64,000 nucleotides of DNA from Betaproteobacteria bacterium (GCA_016716425.1 JADJWJ010000007.1:93888-157887), one strand, 5' to 3'. Numbered from the stretch's first letter, positions 1 through 10,590 are shown. Numbers and translations: made by a program. Notes: generated from the sequence alone by a model not told the origin.

Positions 1-205
1 AGTCCCCGGGGTTGCGCCAGTACGTGTGCCAGCCGTCGGCCATCTTCAGGCGCAGCGCGACGGTCGTCGCCTGGCCCGGCACGAACGCCGTGCGCTCGGA
101 CACGAGCTCGGCCTCGACGTGCGGGGTCTTCACCGGCGCGGCCGCAACCGCGCCCGCGAAGGCGGCGGCGAGCAAGGCGACGGCGAGGGCGGCGGTGCGC
201 GGCAT
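1..205 (-). CDS. DsbD/ScsB-family thiol:disulfide interchange protein, N-terminal fragment (gene runs off the window)
   Basis: Reverse translation from the ATG (cat at 203-205) gives MPRTAALAVALLAAAFAGAVAAAPVKTPHVEAELVSERTAFVPGQATTVALRLKMADGWHTYWRNPGD. This is a signal peptide plus the GWHTYW.NPGD motif typical of DsbD-like periplasmic N-domains. It is absent from the ORF track because there is no stop in the window. Confidence 0.6.
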   Translation of the reverse strand, partial: MPRTAALAVALLAAAFAGAVAAAPVKTPHVEAELVSERTAFVPGQATTVALRLKMADGWHTYWRNPGD

Positions 206-280
206 GCGTTTCTCTGGGTCGGGACGAACGGCCAACAGTCGTTGGTGCGCCGGCCTTCCGGTTCGGTTCCGTGCGAGGGC

Positions 281-349
281 TAGAATTATCCTCTTTTCCC
301 GGCGAACGGCTTCTCGCGCGACAGGCAGACTTATGACATTAGCATAAGT
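281..349 (+). promoter_or_regulatory. Candidate promoter (-10 TAGAAT at 281-286) and AT-rich palindrome ACTTATG-N7-CATAAGT (329-349) in the leader of the UPF0016 gene
   Basis: A TAGAAT hexamer and a 7-7-7 inverted repeat lie in a locally AT-rich patch of otherwise GC-rich DNA, 30 nt upstream of the ATG at 379. Confidence 0.35.
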
Positions 350-378
350 TGGCGTGGCGGGGGTTGTGCCACCCCCCG

Positions 379-954
379 ATGCTCGAAGCCCTCCTGGTGT
401 CCACCGCCGTCGTCGCCGTCGGCGAACTCGGCGACAAGACGCAACTCCTCACGCTGGTGCTCGCGGCGCGCTACGGCAAGCCGTGGCCGATCATCGCCGG
501 GATCGCGGTCGCGACGCTCGCCAACCACGCGATCGCCGGCTGGGTCGGCAACTGGGCGCGCACGGTCGTGCCCGAGGACGTGCTGCGCTGGCTGCTGGCG
601 CTGTCGTTCTTCGCCGTCGCCGCGTGGGCGCTGAAACCGGACAAGCTTGACGAGGGCGCCACGCCTCCGGCGTCGCGCACGAGCGTGTTCCTCGTGACCA
701 CGTGGACGTTCTTCCTGGTCGAAATCGGCGACAAGACGCAGGTCGCCACGGTGATGCTGGCCGCGCAATACCCGTCGCTCGTCGCGGTGGTCGCCGGCAC
801 CACGCTCGGCATGCTGCTGGTCAACGCGCCCACCGCCTTCGCCGGCAAGGCCGCCGCCGAACGCATTCCGTTCCGCGCGGTGCGCATCGTCGCGGCGGTG
901 CTGTTCGCGGGGCTGGGCGTGTGGGTGCTGCTGGCGCCCCACCTCGAGCGGTGA
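379..954 (+). CDS. UPF0016 / GDT1 (TMEM165) family divalent-cation (Mn2+/Ca2+) transporter
   Basis: Two copies of the E-x-G-D-K-T motif ([15 protein letters not shown]) and about 6 TM segments. ATG 379 (MLEALLV) is preferred over TTG 349. Confidence 0.85.
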   Translation: MLEALLVSTAVVAVGELGDKTQLLTLVLAARYGKPWPIIAGIAVATLANHAIAGWVGNWARTVVPEDVLRWLLALSFFAVAAWALKPDKLDEGATPPASRTSVFLVTTWTFFLVEIGDKTQVATVMLAAQYPSLVAVVAGTTLGMLLVNAPTAFAGKAAAERIPFRAVRIVAAVLFAGLGVWVLLAPHLER

Positions 955-970
955 AGCGCGCACCCGCCGG

Positions 971-976
971 TATAAT
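971..976 (+). promoter_or_regulatory. Candidate -10 box (TATAAT) upstream of leuS
   Basis: A perfect TATAAT lies 25 nt upstream of the leuS ATG in a GC-rich background. Confidence 0.35.
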
Positions 977-1000
977 CAACGGCTTAGCGAAAGAGCCGCC

Positions 1001-3625
1001 ATGAAACCGTTCGATCCCCGCGCCATCGAGGCCGCCGCGCAGTCCGCGTGGCGGGCCGCCGACGCCTACCGTGCCGTCGAGCGCGCGGACCGCCCGAAGT
1101 ACTACTGCGTGTCGATGCTGCCGTATCCGTCGGGCGTGCTGCACATGGGGCACGTGCGCAACTACACGATCAACGACATGATGTACCGGCAGTTGCGGAT
1201 GCGCGGCTTCAACCCGCTGATGCCGATGGGCTGGGACGCGTTCGGACTGCCCGCCGAGAACGCGGCGATCAAGGCCGGCGAGGCCCCGGACAAGTGGACC
1301 CGCGACAACATCGCGACGATGAAGGGGCAGATGCGCTCGCTCGGGCTCGCGATCGACTGGTCGCGCGAGTTCGCGACCTGCGACCCCGCCTACTATCGCT
1401 GGAACCAGTGGTTCTTCCTGCGGATGCTGGAGAAGGGCATCGCGTACCGCAAGACGCAGGTCGTCAACTGGGACCCGGTCGACCAGACCGTCCTCGCCAA
1501 CGAGCAGGTGATCGACGGCCGCGGCTGGCGCACCGGGGCGCCGGTCGAGAAGCGCGAGATCCCCGGCTACTACCTGCGCATCACCGCCTACGCCGAGGAG
1601 CTTTTGAGCTGCCTCGACCGGCTGCCCGGCTGGCCCGAGCGCGTGAAGACGATGCAGGCCAACTGGATCGGCAAGAGTCTGGGCGTGCGCTTCGCGTTCC
1701 CGCACGCGATCAAGGATGACGCGGGTCGCCTGGTCGGCGACGGCCGCATGTACGTGTTCACGACGCGCGCCGACACGATCATGGGCGTCACGTTCTGCGC
1801 GGTCGCGCCCGAGCATCCGCTGGCGCTGCACGCGGCGAAGGGCGACCCGAAGCTCGCCGCGTTCGTCGACGAGTGCCGGCGCGGGTCGGTCATCGAGGCC
1901 GATCTCGCCACGATGGAAAAGAAGGGGATGCCGACGGGGCTCTACGTGCATCACCCGCTGACCGGCGAGTCGGTCGAGGTGTGGATCGGCAACTACGTGC
2001 TGATGGCCTACGGCGACGGCGCGGTCATGGGCGTGCCCGCGCACGACGAGCGCGACTTCGCATTCGCGAAGAAGTACGGGCTGCCGATCAAGCAGGTCGT
2101 CGCGGTGGCGGACGAGGCGTTCTCGACCGACGGGTGGCAGCCGTGGTACGCCGACAAGGAGCGCGGCCGGTGCGTCTACTCCGGCAAGTACGACGAGCTG
2201 CCGTATGCGCAAGCCGTCGACGCGATCGCCGCCGACCTCGCGGCGAAGGGCCTGGGCGAGAAGAAGGTCACGTACCGGCTGCGCGACTGGGGCGTGTCGC
2301 GCCAGCGCTACTGGGGCACGCCGATCCCGATCATCCACTGCGCCGCGTGCGGCGCCGTGCCCGTGCCGGAGCGCGACCTGCCCGTCGTGCTGCCCGAGGA
2401 CTGCGTGCCCGACGGCAGCGGCAATCCGCTCACCAAACGCGCGGACTTCCTCGACGTGCCGTGCCCGAAGTGCGGCGCCGCCGCGAAGCGCGAGACCGAC
2501 ACGATGGACACGTTCGTCGACTCGTCGTGGTACTACATGCGCTACACGTGCGCGGACGCGACGGCGATGGTCGACGCGCGCAACGACTACTGGATGCCGA
2601 TGGACCAGTACATCGGCGGCATCGAGCACGCGATCCTGCACCTGCTCTACGCGCGGTTCTGGACCAAGGTGATGCGCGACCTGGGTCTGGTGAAGATCGA
2701 CGAGCCGTTCACCCGGCTGCTGACGCAGGGCATGGTGCTCAACCACATCTTCTTCCGGCGCAACGCGAAGGGCGGCATCGAGTACTACCCGCCCGAGGAG
2801 GTCGACATGCGCTACGACGGCGCGGGCAACGTCAGCGGTGCGACGTGGCGCCAGGACGGAGAGCCGGTCGAGTACGGCGGCGTGGGCAAGATGGGCAAGT
2901 CCGAGCGCAACGGCGTGGATCCGCAGACGATGATCGACCGCTACGGCGCGGACACGGCGCGGCTGTACGCGATGTTCGCCGCCAAGCCCGAGGACTCCAT
3001 GACGTGGTCGGATGCGGGCGTGGAGGGCTCGGCGCGGTTCCTGAAACGCCTGTGGAACTTCGCGCAGGCGAACTCGGAGGCCGTGCGCGCCGCCGCCGGC
3101 GACTTCGACTGGCGCGACGCCGACGACGCGGTGCGCAAGGCCCGCCGCGAGCTGCACGTGACGCTGAAGCAGGCGAACGACGACTACGAGCGGCTGCACT
3201 ACAACACCGTGGTGTCGGCCGGCATGATCATGCTCAACACGCTGGAGGCGCTGCCCGCCGGCGCGCGTGGCGCGGAGGCGTTGAAGCGCGAAGGGCTGTC
3301 GCTGGCGTTGCGCGTGCTCTATCCGGTCGTGCCGCACACGGCGTGGGTGCTGTGGAACGACCTGGGATTCGCGGCCGCGATGGGCGACCTGATCGACGCG
3401 CCGTGGCCGCACGTGGATGCCGCCGCACTCGTGCAGGACGAGATCGAGCTCGTGCTGCAGGTCAACGGCAAGCTGCGCGGCAAGCTGCGCGTCCCCGCCG
3501 CCGCGGACCGCGCCGCGATCGAGGCGGCCGCGCGTGCGAGCCCCGAGGTCGCGAAGCACGCGGCGGGCTCCACCGTGAAGAAGGTCATCGTCGTGCCGGG
3601 ACGCCTTGTCAATGTGGTCGTCTAG
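1001..3625 (+). CDS. leuS: Leucine--tRNA ligase
   Basis: 874 aa with the class I HIGH (HMGH) and KMSKS (KMGKS) motifs. The sequence is LeuS-like throughout. The conserved leuS-lptE-holA order follows. Confidence 0.98.
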   Translation: MKPFDPRAIEAAAQSAWRAADAYRAVERADRPKYYCVSMLPYPSGVLHMGHVRNYTINDMMYRQLRMRGFNPLMPMGWDAFGLPAENAAIKAGEAPDKWTRDNIATMKGQMRSLGLAIDWSREFATCDPAYYRWNQWFFLRMLEKGIAYRKTQVVNWDPVDQTVLANEQVIDGRGWRTGAPVEKREIPGYYLRITAYAEELLSCLDRLPGWPERVKTMQANWIGKSLGVRFAFPHAIKDDAGRLVGDGRMYVFTTRADTIMGVTFCAVAPEHPLALHAAKGDPKLAAFVDECRRGSVIEADLATMEKKGMPTGLYVHHPLTGESVEVWIGNYVLMAYGDGAVMGVPAHDERDFAFAKKYGLPIKQVVAVADEAFSTDGWQPWYADKERGRCVYSGKYDELPYAQAVDAIAADLAAKGLGEKKVTYRLRDWGVSRQRYWGTPIPIIHCAACGAVPVPERDLPVVLPEDCVPDGSGNPLTKRADFLDVPCPKCGAAAKRETDTMDTFVDSSWYYMRYTCADATAMVDARNDYWMPMDQYIGGIEHAILHLLYARFWTKVMRDLGLVKIDEPFTRLLTQGMVLNHIFFRRNAKGGIEYYPPEEVDMRYDGAGNVSGATWRQDGEPVEYGGVGKMGKSERNGVDPQTMIDRYGADTARLYAMFAAKPEDSMTWSDAGVEGSARFLKRLWNFAQANSEAVRAAAGDFDWRDADDAVRKARRELHVTLKQANDDYERLHYNTVVSAGMIMLNTLEALPAGARGAEALKREGLSLALRVLYPVVPHTAWVLWNDLGFAAAMGDLIDAPWPHVDAAALVQDEIELVLQVNGKLRGKLRVPAAADRAAIEAAARASPEVAKHAAGSTVKKVIVVPGRLVNVVV

Positions 3626-4103
3626 GCTCGCCGCGGTCGTCTGCGCCGGCGCGCTGTCCGCGTGCGGCTTCCACCTGCGCGGCGACGCGAGCTTCCCGTT
3701 CTCGTCGGTCTACGTGAACGCGCCGACAGCCAAGCCGTTCGCGCAGGAGATGACCCGGGCGATCGGCGCCGGCAGGGGTGCTGCGGTCGTCGACGAGGCC
3801 GGTACTGCCGAGGTCGTGCTGGCAATCCCGTCCGTCGTCGACGACAAGGACGTGCTGTCGCTGTCGTCGGGCGGCTCGGTGCGCGAGTACGCGCTCGCCA
3901 AGCGCGTGCAGTTCCGGCTGCACGACAAGAACGGCAACGACTGGATGCCGGCCGGCGAGATCGTCGTGCGCCGGTCGTACACGTTCAACGAGACGCAGGT
4001 GCTCGCGCGCGACCTGCAGGAGCAGCGGCTGCTGCGCGAGATGCAGACCGACGCCGTGCAGCAGATCGTGCGCCGGCTGCAGAGTGCGCGGAAGCCGACG
4101 TAA
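3612..4103 (+). CDS. lptE: LPS-assembly lipoprotein LptE
   Basis: Lipobox LSAC-G follows a short signal peptide. It sits between leuS and holA and overlaps the leuS stop. Start is ATG 3612 or TTG 3606. Confidence 0.8.
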   Translation: MWSSRLAAVVCAGALSACGFHLRGDASFPFSSVYVNAPTAKPFAQEMTRAIGAGRGAAVVDEAGTAEVVLAIPSVVDDKDVLSLSSGGSVREYALAKRVQFRLHDKNGNDWMPAGEIVVRRSYTFNETQVLARDLQEQRLLREMQTDAVQQIVRRLQSARKPT

Positions 4104-4263
4104 ATCGCGCGCTTGGCGCTGCGCGCCGGCGGCGCGATTTGCGCGCGGGCAGCGCAAAGCTTCGGGGCGGCCGGGCGTTTCGCGTTAAGGGCCAAGAAGC
4201 CAGGCTCGGTTCGCTTCCGGTCGGTAGCGCGCATGCCCTGAGGGCCCTCGGCGCTACCAACAG

Positions 4264-5298
4264 ATGCAACTCAAGCACGACGATCTCGCGGAACACCTCG
4301 CGCGCGGCGTGAAGCCGCTGTACGTCGTCCACGGCGACGAGCCGCTGCTCGCGCTGGAGGCGGGCGACGCGATCCGCGCGGCGGCACGGGCGGCGGGCGC
4401 GGCCGAGCGGGAGGTGCTCGTCGTCGAGCCCGGCTTCAAATGGGACGCGTTCCTCGCGGCCAACGCCAACGCGAGCCTCTTCGGCGACCGCAAGTTCGTC
4501 GACCTGCGCATCCCGTCGGGCAAGCCCGGCGTCGAAGGCGGCAAGGCGCTGGAGGCCTATGCCGCGCAACCCAATCCCGACAACGTGACGCTGGTCACGC
4601 TGCCGCGCCTCGACCGTGCGACGCAGGCGTCGGCGTGGTTCGCAGCGCTCGCCGCCGCCGGCGTGACGGTCGCCGTCTACCCGGTCGAGCGCGACGCGTT
4701 GCCCGGCTGGATCGCCGACCGGCTCGCCCGCCAGCGCCAGCGCGCATCGCGGGAAACGCTCGCGTTCCTCGCCGACAACTGCGAGGGCAACCTGCTGGCG
4801 GCGCGGCAGGAGATCGAGAAGCTCGCATTGCTGCTGCCGGAGGGCGAGCTCGATCACGCGACGGTCGAGGCCGCGGTCGCCGACGTCGCCCGTTACGACG
4901 TCTTCGAACTGTCCGAGGCGTGGCTCGCCGGCGACGCCGCACGCGCGGTGCGCGTGCTGCGGGCGCTCGCGGCGGAGGGCGAGGCTGCCACGCTGGCGGT
5001 GTGGCAGCTCTCCGAGGACATCCACGCGCTCGCCGCGGTCACGACGATGATGCGCAATGGCACGCCCGCCGCGGCCGCGGTTCGCACCGCGCGCGTCTGG
5101 GGCCGGCGGCAGTCGGCCATGGCGCGCGCCGTGCAGCGCGTGCCCCCATCGCTGATCGCGCCGCTGCTGGTCGCGACCGCATCGCTCGACGCGCTCGCGA
5201 AGGGCATCGGGCGCGGCAACGTGTGGGACGAACTCGAGTCCGCCGCGCTGACGCTGGCCGGGAAGCCGGCGGTGAAATCGGGATCAGAGCTGCGATAG
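4264..5298 (+). CDS. holA: DNA polymerase III subunit delta
   Basis: 344 aa, HolA-like N-terminus (LYVVHGDEPLL), conserved position after lptE. Confidence 0.85.
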   Translation: MQLKHDDLAEHLARGVKPLYVVHGDEPLLALEAGDAIRAAARAAGAAEREVLVVEPGFKWDAFLAANANASLFGDRKFVDLRIPSGKPGVEGGKALEAYAAQPNPDNVTLVTLPRLDRATQASAWFAALAAAGVTVAVYPVERDALPGWIADRLARQRQRASRETLAFLADNCEGNLLAARQEIEKLALLLPEGELDHATVEAAVADVARYDVFELSEAWLAGDAARAVRVLRALAAEGEAATLAVWQLSEDIHALAAVTTMMRNGTPAAAAVRTARVWGRRQSAMARAVQRVPPSLIAPLLVATASLDALAKGIGRGNVWDELESAALTLAGKPAVKSGSELR

Positions 5299-5376
5299 CG
5301 CCGGGCCCCGCCCCCGGCAACCTCGCGGCCGTCGTCCGGCAACGACGCGGTGCGGACCCCGGTCCGGAGGGCGCGA

Positions 5377-5395
5377 GCCGCGCGGAAAGCGCGGC
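5377..5395. terminator. Hairpin GCCGCGC-GGAAA-GCGCGGC between convergent holA and the PLD gene
   Basis: A 7-bp GC stem with a 5-nt loop lies in the 106-bp convergent gap. There is no clear U-tract. Confidence 0.35.
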
Positions 5396-5404
5396 ATCTG
5401 GCCG

Positions 5405-6436
5405 TCACTTCGCCTTGTGGGCGTGGTGATCGGCGCCGTGATTGTCGTCGTCGACGTCGAGCACGAGGTCGGCGGCGCCGGCTTCCTTGTGTCGCTTCTC
5501 GAGGTCGGCGAAGAGGCCCTCGTCGGTCAGGTCGAGCGCCTCCGAGCGGTCCCAGTCGTGCTTCGCGACCTTCTCCAGCGGACCGACCACGTGCGCGTCG
5601 TCGACCTCGATCGCGAGCTCGCGCCGCGCGTCGAAGCTGCCCGGTGCCAGGTTCACCGACCCGACGATCGCGCGCGCGCCGTCGGCCAGCATCATCTTGC
5701 CGTGCAGCCGGATGTGCTTCAGCTTGTGCACCTTGCAGCCGACGTCGGCCATGATGCGCAGGCCGCCTACGCCTTCGATCAGCTTGTCCTTCTTCAGCGT
5801 GTGTGGCGGCCGGGCGACGATGTGCACGTTGACGCCGCGCCCGGCCGCGCGCACGACGCGTTCGATGATCACGGCGTCCTGGTAGCGCTCGTTCTGCAGC
5901 CACAGCGAGTGCCTGGCGCGGTCGATGAAGTGCGCGAACCGCTCGCGGCCGTTCTTGTTGCACCAGATGAGCGCCGAGCCCGCGTGCGGCGCGAAGTCCT
6001 TCCGCATCCAGTCCGCGTCGAAGCACTCGATGGCCTCGCCGACCTCCTTCGCGTGCTTCGTGACGACGGCGTAGTCGCGCGTCTCGGAGACGTTGCGCGT
6101 CTCCCAGTTGAGCGACATCACCCAGGCTTCCGCGTCGTCGACGACCATCGACTTCTCGTGCGTGAGGTCGAAGGCGGGATTGCTGTCGAGCACCGACACC
6201 CCGGCCTCCACCAGCTTCCGCCGCGACGCCTCGTTCTCGGTCTCGCCGCTGCGGCGCGCCGGATTGAGCATGACGCGCACGTCCACGCCGCGCCTCTTCG
6301 CCGCGATCACGGCGTCGAGCAGACCCGGATCGGAAAACACGAACATCTTCACGCGCAGCGACGTTTTCGCCGACGCGATGGCGGCGAGCAGCGGCTGCGC
6401 CGTGGCTTCGGGCAGGACGATCAGCGAGCGGGACAT
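5405..6436 (-). CDS. Phospholipase D family protein with two HKD motifs (cardiolipin synthase-like fold), no signal peptide
   Basis: Motifs THEKSMVVDD and LHGKMMLADG. ATG 6436 (MSRSLIVLP) lies 10 nt after the upstream ABC gene stop. Confidence 0.85.
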   Translation of the reverse strand: MSRSLIVLPEATAQPLLAAIASAKTSLRVKMFVFSDPGLLDAVIAAKRRGVDVRVMLNPARRSGETENEASRRKLVEAGVSVLDSNPAFDLTHEKSMVVDDAEAWVMSLNWETRNVSETRDYAVVTKHAKEVGEAIECFDADWMRKDFAPHAGSALIWCNKNGRERFAHFIDRARHSLWLQNERYQDAVIIERVVRAAGRGVNVHIVARPPHTLKKDKLIEGVGGLRIMADVGCKVHKLKHIRLHGKMMLADGARAIVGSVNLAPGSFDARRELAIEVDDAHVVGPLEKVAKHDWDRSEALDLTDEGLFADLEKRHKEAGAADLVLDVDDDNHGADHHAHKAK

Positions 6437-6446
6437 GGGAGCTCGT

Positions 6447-8306
6447 TCACTTGTCGGGTTGTGCGTGCGGCGCCTGCGCGTCCGCATCGCCGAACTGCAC
6501 ATGGTACAGGTCGGCGTAGTGGCCGTTGCGCGCCAGCAGCTCCTCGTGCGTCCCCTGCTCGGCGACCACGCCGTTGGCGAGCACGATGATGTTGTCGGCG
6601 TCGCGGATCGTGGAGAGCCGGTGCGCGATCGTGATCACGGTGCGGCCCTTCATCAGCCGCTCCAGCCCCTGCATCACCAGCCGCTCGGACTCCGTGTCGA
6701 GCGCGGCGGTCGGCTCGTCGAGGATCAGGATCGGGTTGTCGCGGATCACGGCCCGCGCGATGCCGATGCGCTGCCGCTGGCCGCCCGACAGCGTGTCGCC
6801 GCGCTCGCCGACGACCGTGTCGTAGCCCTTCGCCATCTTCGCGATGAACTCGTCGGCGTTGGCGAGCTTCGCCGCCGCCACGATCTCCTCGTCCGTGGCG
6901 CCGCCGGGCCGGCCATACGCGATGTTGTCGCGGATCGTGCCGTGGAACAGGATGGTCTCCTGCAGCACGAAGCCGATCTGCCGGCGCAGCGGGTGCAGCT
7001 CGAAGTCGCGCACGTCGGTGCCGTCGATCCGCACCGCCCCTGCGGCCACGTCGTAGAAGCGCGGAATCAGGCTCACGATCGTCGACTTGCCGCTGCCGGT
7101 GCCGCCGACCACGCCGACGACCTGTCCCGGCTTGACGATGAAGCTCACGTCCTTCAGCACCGGCGTGTCGCTGTCGTAGGCGAACGCGACGCGCTCGAAC
7201 GCGACCTCGCCGCGGATCTTCGGCGGCGCGACCGCGTCCGGCTTCTGGTGGATGACGTCGTCGGCGGACAGGATCGTCTGGATGCGCTCCAGCCCGACCG
7301 CCGTCTGCGCGATCGTGTTGGTCATCTTGGCCAGGTCCTGCACCGGCTTGAAGAACTTCGCGAGGTAGGCGAGGAAGACGGTAAGCGCGCCGACGGTCAT
7401 CGCGTCCGCGAGGATCAGCGCGGTGCCGCGCCAGAGCACGAACGCCGTGCACAGCGCGACGACGATCGACACCACCGGGCCCAGCAGCGACTTGATCCGC
7501 CGCGCCTTGAGCGCCGCCTGCACCGTTGCCTGGCTCGCCTCGTCCATCCGTTGTGCTTCGAGGTCCTGCCGGTCGAACGCCTCGACCGACCGCACCGAGC
7601 CCAGCCCCTGCTCGGCCACCGCCACGATTTCGCTCTGCCGGCGGCGCACGTCGCGCGTGGCGTCCTTCACCGCCTTCTTGAACCGCATGACGAACAACAG
7701 CAGGAACGGCGTCACGCCGACGGCGATCAGCGCGAAGTCCCACTCGAGCCAGAACATGATGCCCAGCATGCCGACGATCGTCATCATGTCGACGACGATC
7801 GACAGCGTCGCCGACGACGCGAAGTCCTGCACGGTCGCGACGTCGGAAGTCAGCGTGGACAGCATCGAGCCGGTCTGGTGGGTGGCGTAGTAGCCGAGCG
7901 ACAGCCGGTGCAGGTGGTCGTAGATGCGGATGCGCAGGTCGTGCGCGACCCACTGCCCGACGCTCTCGGTGTAGTAGTTGTCGACGTAGTCGGCGATCGA
8001 GTCCAGCAGCGCGATCACGATCGTGGCGAGCGCGGCGAAGAGCGCGAGGCCCATCGTGTTCCGGTCGATCCCGAGGTCGTGGATCCACGCGAGCCACGCG
8101 GGCAGCTTGTCGTGTCCGAGCGCGTTGTCGAGGACGACCTTGAGCGGCCACGGCGCCGCGAGGCTCGCCAGCGTCTCGACCAGCATCGCGGCGAACACGA
8201 CGAGCACCCACCCGCGGTAGGGCCGGATCAGCGAGCGGACGAGCCCCGCCATCCACGCCTTGGGTTCGGCGGCCGGCGCGGCGGCGGTGGGTGCGATGTC
8301 GGGCAT
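6447..8306 (-). CDS. Fused ABC exporter (TMD-NBD, MsbA-like half transporter)
   Basis: N-terminal 6-TM domain. Walker A GGTGSGKST, signature LSGGQRQR, Walker B ILILDEPT. Confidence 0.9.
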   Translation of the reverse strand: MPDIAPTAAAPAAEPKAWMAGLVRSLIRPYRGWVLVVFAAMLVETLASLAAPWPLKVVLDNALGHDKLPAWLAWIHDLGIDRNTMGLALFAALATIVIALLDSIADYVDNYYTESVGQWVAHDLRIRIYDHLHRLSLGYYATHQTGSMLSTLTSDVATVQDFASSATLSIVVDMMTIVGMLGIMFWLEWDFALIAVGVTPFLLLFVMRFKKAVKDATRDVRRRQSEIVAVAEQGLGSVRSVEAFDRQDLEAQRMDEASQATVQAALKARRIKSLLGPVVSIVVALCTAFVLWRGTALILADAMTVGALTVFLAYLAKFFKPVQDLAKMTNTIAQTAVGLERIQTILSADDVIHQKPDAVAPPKIRGEVAFERVAFAYDSDTPVLKDVSFIVKPGQVVGVVGGTGSGKSTIVSLIPRFYDVAAGAVRIDGTDVRDFELHPLRRQIGFVLQETILFHGTIRDNIAYGRPGGATDEEIVAAAKLANADEFIAKMAKGYDTVVGERGDTLSGGQRQRIGIARAVIRDNPILILDEPTAALDTESERLVMQGLERLMKGRTVITIAHRLSTIRDADNIIVLANGVVAEQGTHEELLARNGHYADLYHVQFGDADAQAPHAQPDK

Positions 8307-8351
8307 GGCGGCAGGCGAAGGCGCGATGGTGGGCGCGCTGGCCGCGATCCG

Positions 8352-9746
8352 TCAAGGCTTCGCGTCGGCCGCGGCGAGCGGCGTGCACTGCGCGCGGCGC
8401 TCGCCGAGCGTGCACGACGTCAGCGGCTGCCCCGCGGCATCCCACGCCTGCATCCGCCAGCCGGCGCCGTTGCGCTCCATCGTCATGAAGCCGAACTGCG
8501 TCGTCGTGACAATCTCGGCGACGACGGCGCCGGGTGCCGGTTGCGCGCTGGCCGGAAACGGCACCGGGAACGGCTCGTCGAGATACGTGCCGCCGTTCCC
8601 GGTGAGGACCTGCGGCGGATGGGGTGTCGCGAACGAGATGACCTCGAGCGTGTGCGAGTGGCCCGACAGCAGCGCCTCGATGGTCGGCGGAAACAGCACG
8701 GTCGGATACATCGGGCTCAGCACCGACTGCAGCCCGGCGTTGCCGGGAAACGGCGACTGCGGATTGCCCGGATTGGCTGCAAACCCGAGCACCGGATGAT
8801 GGCTCATGAAGAACGCGCGCGGCGTGCGGGAAGAAAGCGCGAACAGCGCTTCGAGCTGTGCGCGGTAGTTCCGGTACATGAGGTCCGTGGGCGGCAATGG
8901 CGTCAGGCCCACCCACGACGAGTCGAACACGAGGAACTGGGTGTCCGCGTCACGGCCGAGCGGCACCGCGTACGGCTCGCTGTAGTTGCCGATGTCGTCG
9001 TCCGCGGCGACGTTGCAGTCCTGCCGCGGCGCGACCGCTCGCGGGTCGAGGAAGCGGTACCAGCCCTGCCCCGCACGGTTGCACGATTCGTGGTTGCCGC
9101 GCAGCACGATCCACGGCGCGGCGGCGAGCAGGCTGCGGGCGGGATCGAAGAGGTCGGCCTGCCACGCGTCCCAGCCGTAGCCCCACGGGCTGCCGGCACA
9201 GCCCGCGTTGCCCGGCGCGCAGGCGCTCTCGCGGTAGTGGAAGTCGCCGACGTGGATGACGAGGTCGGGGCGGGTCGCCGCCGCCGCGTCGGCCACCCGC
9301 TTGAACGGCCACTGCGCCGGGTCGTTGCACGCCTGGTACGCGTTGAAGCTGCCGACGATCCGGCAGCCGGTGTCGCCGAGCAGCACGATGCGCTGCGGAT
9401 GGGCGACCGGCAACGGCAGCGGGAACCCGTCGATCGCAGCGTTGCGCGTCCCGGGAGGGACGACCGCCTCGCAGGTCAGCACGGGAAACGCGGTCGGCTG
9501 CGCCGGAGGCTCCGACCGCGACGGGCGGCCGGGGACCGTCGCCGGCGGCATGCGCACCGTCATCGGCAGCGTCTGTCCGTCGAGGTCGATGCGCGGGCAT
9601 TCGCCCGCCGCCGTGATCGCGCGCGCGATCGCCACGCCCTCGGGACCGAGCACGACGAACCGGTAGTCGGAGGTCGGCGGCGTCTGCGTCGACGACGACA
9701 CGCAGCCGGCGAGGAGCGCGACGGCGCCCATCCAAAGCGTCCTCAT
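8352..9746 (-). CDS. Secreted lipoprotein metallophosphoesterase (calcineurin-like)
   Basis: Lipobox LLAGC. Motifs GDTG, GDFHY, GNHE and SHH. Cys-rich. The ATG at 9746 overlaps the rsmE stop (ATGA). Confidence 0.8.
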   Translation of the reverse strand: MRTLWMGAVALLAGCVSSSTQTPPTSDYRFVVLGPEGVAIARAITAAGECPRIDLDGQTLPMTVRMPPATVPGRPSRSEPPAQPTAFPVLTCEAVVPPGTRNAAIDGFPLPLPVAHPQRIVLLGDTGCRIVGSFNAYQACNDPAQWPFKRVADAAAATRPDLVIHVGDFHYRESACAPGNAGCAGSPWGYGWDAWQADLFDPARSLLAAAPWIVLRGNHESCNRAGQGWYRFLDPRAVAPRQDCNVAADDDIGNYSEPYAVPLGRDADTQFLVFDSSWVGLTPLPPTDLMYRNYRAQLEALFALSSRTPRAFFMSHHPVLGFAANPGNPQSPFPGNAGLQSVLSPMYPTVLFPPTIEALLSGHSHTLEVISFATPHPPQVLTGNGGTYLDEPFPVPFPASAQPAPGAVVAEIVTTTQFGFMTMERNGAGWRMQAWDAAGQPLTSCTLGERRAQCTPLAAADAKP

Positions 9747-10486
9747 CGGAAGTCGCCCCACAGGCTGTTGAGCGCGGCGAGCGCGGCGAGCGCCGCGGTC
9801 TCCGCGCGCAGGATGCGCGGGCCCAGCCGCACCGGCGCCATGCCCGCGCGCACGGCGCGTGCCACCTCATCGGCCGACAGGCCGCCTTCCGGGCCGATCA
9901 GCAGGTCCAGCGCATCGGACGGCGCCGCCAGCGCGCCGACGCCCGCCGCGGCCGCGGGATCGGACACGATCCCCATGCGCGCCGGCGGGCGCGCACGCAG
10001 CCAGTCGTCGAGCGTCACGACGTCGTGCACGGCCGGCACGCGGTTGCGGCCGCACTGCTCGCACGCGGCGATCGCGATCTGCCGCCAGTGCTCGAGGCGC
10101 CGCACGCCGCGCTCCGCGGAAGGAAACCGGAATCCATGCTGCGAGACGACCGGCTGGATCGCCGCGGCGCCCAGTTCCGTCGCGTGGCGGACGATGCCGT
10201 CGACGGTGTCGGTCGCGGCGATCGCCTGCACCAGCGTGATCGCCAGCGCCGATTCCCGCTCGACCGGCGCGAACGCGTCGAGCCGCACCGACGCGCCGTG
10301 CTTGCTCGCGCGCGCGAGCGTGGCCGCGAATTCGCCCCCGGCGCCGGTGAACAGCGTGACCGGTGCGCCGACCGCGAGCCGGAGCACGCGCAGAACGTGG
10401 TGCGCGGCGGCGGCGGGCAGCGCGACCTCGGTGCCGACGTCGGCGGGGCCGAGCGGCGAGGTCACGTGGAAGCGCGGCGAGCCCAT
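9743..10486 (-). CDS. rsmE: 16S rRNA (uracil1498-N3)-methyltransferase
   Basis: 247 aa. RsmE-like N-terminus (PRFHV...HHVLRVLRL) and C-terminal SPOUT region (LLIGPEGGLS). Confidence 0.9.
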   Translation of the reverse strand: MGSPRFHVTSPLGPADVGTEVALPAAAAHHVLRVLRLAVGAPVTLFTGAGGEFAATLARASKHGASVRLDAFAPVERESALAITLVQAIAATDTVDGIVRHATELGAAAIQPVVSQHGFRFPSAERGVRRLEHWRQIAIAACEQCGRNRVPAVHDVVTLDDWLRARPPARMGIVSDPAAAAGVGALAAPSDALDLLIGPEGGLSADEVARAVRAGMAPVRLGPRILRAETAALAALAALNSLWGDFR

Positions 10487-10590
10487 CGGCGGGTACGGTG
10501 AGCGGTGGGAAGCCGGTGTGCGCGGTACATCGAAAGGAGGTGCGACGCGGTGCTACGATTCTGCCACAGGCATCCCGTCAGGAGACCGCG

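Noticed and set aside
206-378. Mn2+-sensing yybP-ykoY riboswitch upstream of the UPF0016 gene
   Set aside because: I could not find the conserved GGGGAGUAG / GAGACC-type core elements by eye. Only a simple palindrome is present. An Infernal scan would be needed to be sure.
821-3559. 912-aa ORF antisense to leuS
   Set aside because: It is an Arg/Ala/Gly/Pro/His-rich shadow ORF of the kind expected opposite a real gene in very GC-rich DNA. It has no recognisable motifs, while the sense strand encodes an unmistakable LeuS.
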